Made by a program: the position numbers and the translations under genes. A DNA stretch of 42,788 nucleotides from IMG/VR virus record IMGVR_UViG_3300020045_003118, positions 1 to 42,788 of that record, one strand, 5' to 3'. Within the stretch, counting starts at the first letter, position 1. Each line of letters opens with the position of its first letter. The notes beneath the pieces were generated by a model that saw only the letters and a list, made by a program, of their open reading frames with translations, ran no database searches and had not been told where the DNA came from. Below, one piece after another: positions 36,660 through 42,788 of this stretch. Source of the DNA: a virus (Duplodnaviria; Caudoviricetes).

Positions 36660-37598
36660 CTATTCACACTCCACAAAATTTCCAGAATCATCTAACCGAT
36701 ACCATGTATCTGCTTTTATTCCGCTTTCTCCTTCATACGCCACTGAAATACGATAACGTTTTTCACTTTCGACCCATCTTGTTAAAGCTATTGCTCCGTT
36801 ATTACCTATTTTTGCTTTTGAATTAAAGCCGCACGACAAAATAACTCCGGAATCCCCTGAGCTGGCTAATTGGGCGTAATCCCCTGAGCTGGCTAATTGG
36901 GCGTAATCCCCTGAGCTGGCTAATTGGGCGTAATCCCCTGAGCTGGCTAATTGGGCGTAATCCCCTGAGCTGGCTAATTTGGCGTAATCCCCTGAGCTGG
37001 CTAATTTGGCGGAATCCCCTGAGCTGGCTAATTGGGCGTAATTCCCTGAGCTGGCTAATTGGGCGTAATTCCCTGAGCTGGCTAATTGGGCGGAATCCCC
37101 TGAGCTGGCTAATTTGGCGGAATACCCTGAGCTGGCTAATTTGGCGGAATACCCTGAGCTGGCTAATTTGGCGGAATCCCCTGAGCTGGCTAATTTGGCG
37201 GAATCCCCTGAGCTGGCTAATTGGGCGGAATCCCCTGAGCTGGCTAATTGGGCGTAATTCCCTGAGCTGGCTAATAAGTTTGATAAGTAACTGATGCAGC
37301 TATTTATAAAATCTGGTAATTTTAATTCAGCAACAATAGTTATTTCAGCGCTGCATAATTTTGAATCATCGCCTTTTTTATCTAAACTCCCCGCGATTGA
37401 TACTTTTGCAAACCGTGAATCTAATAAATCATAATAATTTAAAACATCAAACGGGTTTTCACATGAATGGAAACCGGATTCACAAATTTTTACGTCACCT
37501 TCGTGAGTGTAAGTTTTTCCAACTTCAAATTGAAATTCACGGCACTTTAAGTCTTTGTCAAATGCTTTGTAAGTAACAATCTCTTTTTTATTTTCCAT
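36660..37598 (-). CDS. Phage protein (YK.FDKDL.CR.FQ.EVG N-domain, DUF7666-like) with 9-aa tandem repeats
   Basis: C.SGFH.CENP.DV..YY; LASSG(D/N/Y)(S/Y)A(Q/K) repeats; IKADTWY.L...G.F.E C-terminus. Confidence 0.85.
   Translation of the reverse strand: MENKKEIVTYKAFDKDLKCREFQFEVGKTYTHEGDVKICESGFHSCENPFDVLNYYDLLDSRFAKVSIAGSLDKKGDDSKLCSAEITIVAELKLPDFINSCISYLSNLLASSGNYAQLASSGDSAQLASSGDSAKLASSGDSAKLASSGYSAKLASSGYSAKLASSGDSAQLASSGNYAQLASSGNYAQLASSGDSAKLASSGDYAKLASSGDYAQLASSGDYAQLASSGDYAQLASSGDYAQLASSGDSGVILSCGFNSKAKIGNNGAIALTRWVESEKRYRISVAYEGESGIKADTWYRLDDSGNFVECE
36849..37274 (-). repeat. 27-bp coding tandem repeat, 15 full + 1 partial units
   Basis: Unit TTAGCCAGCTCAGGG(G/A/T)ATT(C/A)CGCC(C/A)AA. 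Confidence 0.97.
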
Positions 37599-37718
37599 AA
37601 CTTCCCCGGCTTGTCTGTTTCGTTTTGGTAAGCAACACTGGTTTTAGGTTGCAGATGCTGAATCTTTGTTAATGGCTCTACCTACTCACCTTAGCGCGTC
37701 GGTTTTCTATAGAGCGAT

Positions 37719-37746
37719 TAAAAAAGGCCGCTCGTTTGAAGCGGCT
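37719..37746 (-). terminator. Intrinsic terminator after the antirepressor gene
   Basis: GCCGCT..AGCGGC stem followed by a T run on the minus strand. Confidence 0.7.
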
Positions 37747-37757
37747 GAGGTTTCACC

Positions 37758-38468
37758 TTAGGAGGCGGTGATCGGTTGAGCAATTCTGTATTTGCTCTCT
37801 AAATAAACCTGGCCTTTACCGGTAATCATTGTTTTAAATGCCGGGTGTGATTTACCTTTGCTGTCGGTATACGGGATCATTTCAATTACTGTAAAAAATC
37901 CGCGATCTATGTAATGCTGATAGGGCTGGTTATTTATCATCAAAAAACCATCGTCGCGAAGTCTTTTATAAAGCTTGTTCTGCCCGGTTCCGATTGCTTT
38001 TGCAAATTCACCTACAGAACAAGCGCCTTCCATTCTGCGAACTGCATTTGCAAATTCAACTCTAGGTTTGTCTTGTTCTATCTGAAACTTTGCTTTTTCG
38101 AGTTCTTCTTGAGTATTTGCGGCCAGTCTCAATGCTTCTGAAAAAGTGGTTGGAACGTTGTGCTTTTGTTGTTCTTCCAGTTCTTGCCAGCGGTCAATAA
38201 TTGCTAAGCGATATTTGACTGAATATCCGGCAATAACAAGGTCACATTCACGGCGCGGAAGGTTGAAGCAAGGTAGTTCTTTATTTTGTTGGCTCAAATA
38301 GGAGCCGGAGAATTTCCCTTCTCCTATTTCTGCCTCAGCAAGTATGCGGCGAATGTCTTTTAATACGTCAGCATGCTCTTTGCCGGTCAACTGAGCTATT
38401 TCAAGTGACGACATTGTTTTAAATTCTTTCAATGGCTTCACGTTATTGCTGATTAAAGTTAAATTCAT
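37758..38468 (-). CDS. Antirepressor (Rha-type N-domain + KilAC/ANT C-domain)
   Basis: MSSLEIA.LTGK.H..VL.DIR; IIDRWQELE; P.TF.EALRLAA; ITGKGQ.YL. Confidence 0.9.
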   Translation of the reverse strand: MNLTLISNNVKPLKEFKTMSSLEIAQLTGKEHADVLKDIRRILAEAEIGEGKFSGSYLSQQNKELPCFNLPRRECDLVIAGYSVKYRLAIIDRWQELEEQQKHNVPTTFSEALRLAANTQEELEKAKFQIEQDKPRVEFANAVRRMEGACSVGEFAKAIGTGQNKLYKRLRDDGFLMINNQPYQHYIDRGFFTVIEMIPYTDSKGKSHPAFKTMITGKGQVYLESKYRIAQPITAS

Positions 38469-38483
38469 TTCTTCTTAATCCTG

Positions 38484-38514
38484 AAAAAATCCCCCGCTAT
38501 GTGAGCCGGGGGGA
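38484..38514 (-). terminator. Intrinsic terminator in the leftward leader (before ant)
   Basis: CCCCC.GCT-loop-AGCGGGGG followed by ATTTTTT on the minus strand. Confidence 0.65.
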
Positions 38515-38550
38515 GTGGGGTCGGAGGTAGACGACATTTGTTGAAAATTA

Positions 38551-38592
38551 TTATAGCTATCTGCTATAAAATAGCAATAGGCAATAGCTATA
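38551..38592. promoter_or_regulatory. Putative OL operators / PL region
   Basis: Clustered ATAGC/GCTAT inverted half-sites; related half-sites recur at 38949-38988. Confidence 0.55.
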
Positions 38593-38609
38593 TTTTTTGA
38601 TAAAAAAAT

Positions 38610-38924
38610 TTACAACTCAATTAAGTCTATGATTTTGCGAATAACATTTTTTTCATCTTCTGAAAAAATTATTTGTTTTTTTCGCAATTGTTGCACTTCT
38701 CTATCACCGCGCCCGGTGCCGAGCCACTCAAGCGCGACATCTAAGACAATGGCTATATGTATAAGCTTTTCAAGAGCTGGCATTTTTTTGGCCGTCCACC
38801 ATTCGCTTACTGTGGCTTGGGAAACGTCAAACCTTTTAGCCAGTTCAGTTTGATTAGGTTTAGGACCGAATTTATGCTCACAAGCCGACCTAAACCGATT
38901 TGTAAATTCTTCTTTTATACTCAT
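38610..38924 (-). CDS. cI: CI-like HTH repressor without an S24 autocleavage domain
   Basis: QTELAKRFDVSQATVSEW HTH, EWL.TG.G; divergent from cro; start taken at MSIKEE. Confidence 0.8.
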   Translation of the reverse strand: MSIKEEFTNRFRSACEHKFGPKPNQTELAKRFDVSQATVSEWWTAKKMPALEKLIHIAIVLDVALEWLGTGRGDREVQQLRKKQIIFSEDEKNVIRKIIDLIEL

Positions 38925-38962
38925 TGCACCATGATTGCACAAATCGTAATAGCAATTAACTG

Positions 38963-38990
38963 TTGCAATATTATCGCTTTCGGCTATAAT
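38963..38990 (+). promoter_or_regulatory. PR-like promoter overlapping operators
   Basis: TTGCAA-16nt-TATAAT, with ATG 7 nt downstream. Confidence 0.7.
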
Positions 38991-38997
38991 GTCAGAC

Positions 38998-39186
38998 ATG
39001 AAGCTACTTATCCAATATAGAAAAAGCCGAAAGCTATCACAAGCGCGAATGGCTGAATTCCTGGGAATTTCCCAGCCAGACCTTAGCGACTATGAAAATG
39101 GTAAGAAAAGACCAAGACCGGAAAGGGCAAAAAAGATTGCTGCCAAAACCGGTTTGAGTCGTGATTACCTTATTTTCGGTGATTGA
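38998..39186 (+). CDS. cro: Cro-like HTH protein
   Basis: LSQ..MA..LGISQ..LS.YE.G...P. Confidence 0.85.
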   Translation: MKLLIQYRKSRKLSQARMAEFLGISQPDLSDYENGKKRPRPERAKKIAAKTGLSRDYLIFGD

Positions 39187-39252
39187 TTAATGTGTGAAAT
39201 AACTATAGCCAGAGTGCTATTAATTTTCTGCTCACTTTTTCACAAAAATTAA

Positions 39253-39432
39253 ATGCAGATACCCACATCCAGAATCAAAGCAGAACTGACCGGCCACCGG
39301 TTTTTTTTAACGGGTATTTCATGCCCTAAAGGCCATAACGATTTGCGCTACACGGCGAACGGGCACTGCGTTATTTGCGCTAGGCAGCGGGCGAAAGATA
39401 TTAGGGCTAGTAAAAAGCAATGGGCTTTATAA
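39253..39432 (+). CDS. Small basic Zn-finger protein
   Basis: Manual ORF ..TG.SCPKGH...RY..NGHCVIC.. Confidence 0.65.
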   Translation: MQIPTSRIKAELTGHRFFLTGISCPKGHNDLRYTANGHCVICARQRAKDIRASKKQWAL

Positions 39433-39592
39433 CTGCTCGCGTCCGTGATGCCGAATGGCTGGCAAAAAACAACTTAAACCATCTTAATTTGGAGCGGTTT
39501 AGCGATTGGGTAACAAGAGAAACGGCGGACGGCAAAAGCGAAAGCGACGCCCATCAATACGTGGCTGAAAAAATGGCAGAGGAGTTAAAAAA

Positions 39593-39763
39593 ATGATAGA
39601 GAAAAAAAGGGTTTCACGGGTTGTTATTTTGCTTGAAGAAGATCGCTGGCAACAGGCGTTAAAAATTGCTATTGCTTTGGATGGATCAGTTGACAAGGTC
39701 ATTTCAAATCTCATTAAGATCGATTATGAATCGATGATTAAGAACGGGTTGATTAAGGAATAA
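39593..39763 (+). CDS. Small putative DNA-binding protein (ribbon-helix-helix-like)
   Basis: Manual ORF MIEKKRVSRVVILLEEDRWQQ...; GAGGAG RBS. Confidence 0.5.
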   Translation: MIEKKRVSRVVILLEEDRWQQALKIAIALDGSVDKVISNLIKIDYESMIKNGLIKE

Positions 39764-39768
39764 ACCCA

Positions 39769-40536
39769 ATGAATCGGGGATATGTAAAGGTCTGGAGAAA
39801 GATAACAGATAGCGGCCTTATGCAAATGCCAAATACATTCACTTTGTTTATGCATATTTTAATGAATGCGGCACACAAAAACAAAAAAGTTGGTACGACA
39901 AGTGGCGTTATTGACCTTAAGGTAGGGCAGTACATCTCAGGAAGGACGCGGCTTGCAAGCGATTTAAAACAATCTGAGCGTGAAATAAGGACATCTCTGT
40001 CACGACTCGAACAACTTGAAATTATTTCAATAAAAACGACCAACAAATACAGCATATATACAATTGAAAACTATAGCATTTATCAGGAAGGCGACCAGCA
40101 AAACGACCAGCAAGAGACCATCAAACGACCATCAAACGACCATCAAACGACCACTAAACAAACATTAAAACATTTAAGCATTAAAGAAGATATAGATACG
40201 TCAAAGGTTGAAACAAAAAAAACAGTATTAGTCCCGTATCAAGAAATAGTCGATCTGTTTCACAACACATTGCCGACACTGAAACAAGTCTACACGCTAA
40301 ACGAAACAAGAAAACGGCACATTAAAAAACTTTGGATCGAAGAACTGCAAGAATTGAAGTTTTGGAAAAACTATTTTGTTCACGTTGGCAACTCAAAGTT
40401 TCTCATGGGTGCCGGTCCGCCTGATCACTCAGGCCGACAATGGCAATGCACGTTCGACTGGATTATCAAGCCTGACAATTTTATCAAAATTTCCGAGGAT
40501 CAATATCATGAAACAAAAGTACCGAGAAGGGCATAA
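39769..40536 (+). CDS. Replication initiator protein
   Basis: GYVK.WRKI, GQ.I.GR..LA wHTH, TI.NY..YQ, C-terminal FDWI.K..NF.KI.E..Y; internal iterons. Confidence 0.88.
   Translation: MNRGYVKVWRKITDSGLMQMPNTFTLFMHILMNAAHKNKKVGTTSGVIDLKVGQYISGRTRLASDLKQSEREIRTSLSRLEQLEIISIKTTNKYSIYTIENYSIYQEGDQQNDQQETIKRPSNDHQTTTKQTLKHLSIKEDIDTSKVETKKTVLVPYQEIVDLFHNTLPTLKQVYTLNETRKRHIKKLWIEELQELKFWKNYFVHVGNSKFLMGAGPPDHSGRQWQCTFDWIIKPDNFIKISEDQYHETKVPRRA
40092..40157 (+). repeat. Iterons, putative replication origin
   Basis: Six GACCA(G/T/C).. units, mostly CGACCATCAAA with 11-12 bp period, followed by an A-rich tract. Confidence 0.8.
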
Positions 40537-40960
40537 CGAAGAAAAGGTCGCCGTTTCATTGACGATCACATTGCCTCAGTACGTTAACCAGTACGCGCCT
40601 GAAATTGTGGCCTATCAATCCTTCATGGAAAACGAAACGGCTTTAACGTTTTGGACTCGGTTATTTGAAAAATCAAAGGATGAAGGCAAGCGAGAAATTA
40701 AAGACAGGATCGTTTGGCCCTATGCAGACAGGATTATCTATCTTGCCAAAAAGTTTTTGAAACAAGAAAAGAAAATGCAGGCTTACATAATGAAGGCCGC
40801 AAAGGTAAATATTTTTTGGCGAGGCGACGATGTTGGCATGTTCCAACTCATCGTTAACGAAACTTTGGATTACCGAGAATTAGACCAAGAGCAAAAACGG
40901 AACTACCAAAAACGCGCCTTACAAGTTTGTCAGGGCATGAGGCAGAGACATGGACTTTAA
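40508..40960 (+). CDS. Hypothetical protein after the initiator
   Basis: ORF 40376..40960 with likely start MKQKY (GAGGA RBS). Confidence 0.55.
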   Translation: MKQKYREGHNEEKVAVSLTITLPQYVNQYAPEIVAYQSFMENETALTFWTRLFEKSKDEGKREIKDRIVWPYADRIIYLAKKFLKQEKKMQAYIMKAAKVNIFWRGDDVGMFQLIVNETLDYRELDQEQKRNYQKRALQVCQGMRQRHGL

Positions 40961-41156
40961 AAAGCTTGATTTAGCCGTCAAAAAGTTTGATAGCGTTAAA
41001 AACGAAGCCAGGGCAATAGCATGGCAGCAGTTGAAAGAAAAAGCGCCCGATTTGGCAAATATGATCGATTTACACGTTAAGTCTTTCGGAAAACCTAAAC
41101 ACATAAAAATCGAATTAGGCGGAAATGTTATTTTCGATAACTCAACAAGAAGGTGA
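40950..41156 (+). CDS. Hypothetical protein
   Basis: Coupled ORF. Confidence 0.55.
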   Translation: MDFKKLDLAVKKFDSVKNEARAIAWQQLKEKAPDLANMIDLHVKSFGKPKHIKIELGGNVIFDNSTRR

Positions 41157-41455
41157 AAAAATGAAACCACTAGCCTTAACAATACTCGCCTTACTGTGCG
41201 TATTTTACATGTTCAAGATCGCTTCAGGTCCATGTGCAGCCTGGAGCGATACGCCGTGTAATTCTGATATTTTGGATCCCGAAAAATGAAAAAAGAAACT
41301 CTTTACATGCCGTTAGTATGGGTATTTTTCGCAACTCTAATCAGGTATTTTTTAGCCGGAAAATTATCAGATATTTTTTTATTTTCCCAGATTAGTGTGT
41401 TAGTTGGTGCATACCTTATGCGATGGGTTTTAATTCGTCATTATGAGGAGAAAAA

Positions 41456-41653
41456 ATGAAACCATTACTCAACGATATTTGCCGCTGCTACGGCGTCGGA
41501 TGCGACAAAAAGGAATCTTGCCAACGGTTTTTGACGATTGCAATTGACCCAGATATGGACGACAAAGGCCATGCTATTTTCCGTAGTTATTCGGCTACGC
41601 TCATTGATAAAGCCACTTTAATTTGTGATAGTTTTTTGGAGGTTGTGGAATGA
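41456..41653 (+). CDS. Small Cys-rich protein
   Basis: DICRC.G..C..K.SC.RF motif; GAGGAG RBS. Confidence 0.65.
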   Translation: MKPLLNDICRCYGVGCDKKESCQRFLTIAIDPDMDDKGHAIFRSYSATLIDKATLICDSFLEVVE

Positions 41654-41830
41654 GTTATTTTGATGAAAGAAAAAGACTAATCGAGCATTGGGAAAAATTA
41701 AATCATAAAAGAAATGATTTACTTGATTGCGCAGGACAGATAGAACGCACTATGGATATTATTGAGCGACTTTATGATGATACTTTTTGGTGGGAAAGGT
41801 TTTTAAATTATTGTCATACCGGGAAATAAT

Positions 41831-42154
41831 ATGACTGCACTTTCATTGTTAATTATTGTTTTAGTTTGTTTATTTGGCTGGTATCAAATGGCGTTAATTG
41901 GCGACGTTTTAGCAAAAATAAATGATTTAAAGTACGTAAAGCCATCGACAACGCAAACAAATTTGGAGGGAAAACTTGAATACAACGAGATTCAGATTTA
42001 TTCAAAGCACATCAAAGGCGAGTTGCTTTGCTTTATCAAGTACAGTTATTTCGGTGAAGTGATCAGGGAAAGAGCGATTGATGATTTTGCAGTTTCATAT
42101 CATGAACAGCAAGATTTCAATTTCGTATTTACCGGCATGATTGGTTATATTTAA
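41831..42154 (+). CDS. Hypothetical membrane-anchored protein
   Basis: N-terminal TM segment. Confidence 0.5.
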   Translation: MTALSLLIIVLVCLFGWYQMALIGDVLAKINDLKYVKPSTTQTNLEGKLEYNEIQIYSKHIKGELLCFIKYSYFGEVIRERAIDDFAVSYHEQQDFNFVFTGMIGYI

Positions 42155-42167
42155 ACGGGGAAATAAT

Positions 42168-42575
42168 ATGAGTTACAAAAGCAAAATTGTGGATAATGAA
42201 GTACAGCTTTATTTAAAAAATGTTGGCACAGCAATTACAGAGTTTTGTCACGGCATAGCCAATGAATCCGGCTGGTGGAACGATGTTAAAACAGGCGAAC
42301 CATTGCAGCGCAATAAGGGGGAATTAATAGCGCTGATGCATTCAGAGCTAAGCGAAACTCTTGAGGGTGTACGCAAGGGTAAAATGGACGATCATTTAAC
42401 GCACAGAAAAGCCGAGGAAGTTGAGCTTGCAGACACATTGATAAGAATTTTTGATTATGCTGGCGCTTATGAGTTGGACGTTGCTGGTGCATTGGTTGAA
42501 AAGCTTTTGTACAACATCAACCGGCAAGACCATAAACCAGAAAACCGGATGAAAGACGGCGGAAAAGCGTTTTAA
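42168..42575 (+). CDS. MazG-like NTP pyrophosphohydrolase
   Basis: ALMHSELSE.LEG.RK, EVELAD..IRI.D, K..YN..R. Confidence 0.85.
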   Translation: MSYKSKIVDNEVQLYLKNVGTAITEFCHGIANESGWWNDVKTGEPLQRNKGELIALMHSELSETLEGVRKGKMDDHLTHRKAEEVELADTLIRIFDYAGAYELDVAGALVEKLLYNINRQDHKPENRMKDGGKAF

Positions 42576-42587
42576 TTGGGGAAATAA

Positions 42588-42673
42588 ATGGTTAATCGAG
42601 TCACTTTAGTCGGAAGAGCGGGGAAAGACGCGGAGTCGCGCTTTTTTCCTAACGGAGATCAACAAACCACGTT
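42588..42673 (+). CDS. ssb: Single-stranded DNA-binding protein, N-terminal fragment truncated at the junction
   Basis: MVNRVTLVGRAGKDAESRFFPNGDQQTT. Confidence 0.85.
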
Positions 42674-42788
42674 ATTGCTGATTAAAGTTAAATTCATTTC
42701 TTCTTAATCCTGAAAAAATCCCCCGCTATGTGAGCCGGGGGGAGTGGGGTCGGAGGTAGACGACATTTGTTGAAAATTATTATAGCTA
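42668..42788 (+). repeat. Exact 121-bp direct copy of 38439..38559
   Basis: Identical sequence read at both positions. Confidence 0.95.

Noticed and set aside
36849-37274. CRISPR array
   Set aside because: Units are contiguous with no unique spacers and are in frame within a protein
37658-37717. boxA-like sequences (GCCATTAACAA, CGCTCTATAG) on the minus strand
   Set aside because: Weak matches, no adjacent boxB and no recognisable N gene
38925-38999. N-terminal extension of cI given in the ORF track
   Set aside because: Overlaps the PR promoter and cro start; ATG at 38924 fits the HTH domain better
39156-39168. GTCGTGAT inside cro resembling the late hairpin
   Set aside because: No complementary GAC arm and lies within coding sequence
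1-42788. tRNA/rRNA genes, recognisable anti-defence or toxin genes, host assignment
   Set aside because: None recognisable by eye; spanins and IHF sites indicate only a Gram-negative, probably proteobacterial, host

Overview
Near-complete temperate tailed-phage genome. It pairs an HK97-type head (TerL, portal, S49 protease, capsid, neck; 0.2-8.1 kb) with a Mu-like contractile tail (8.1-17.6 kb), an SfV-like architecture. A ~7 kb cassette of beta-rich, fibre-like and carbohydrate-active genes splits the lysis module, leaving spanins at 17.6-18.0 kb and holin/endolysin at 25.5-26.4 kb. The leftward arm holds small mosaic genes, an apparently intact attP, a tyrosine integrase, a DUF4224-type excisionase, RecE/RecT-like genes, a repeat protein and an antirepressor. 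A cI/cro switch and a rightward replication arm follow. The most notable unexplained signals are: (1) a conserved GTC-GNGA(N)-GAC hairpin in 8 copies, all in 5' leaders of packaging/virion-type genes, including one on the opposite strand; (2) stacked cargo cassettes between xis and int, bounded by copies of the xis 3' end, with an in-frame Int-N/Xis-C mini-ORF; (3) a signal-peptide-bearing polysaccharide-lyase/Fn3 protein among late genes. Both window ends are rearranged junctions, probably amplification or assembly chimeras. All family assignments come from recognised motifs and synteny, not database searches.
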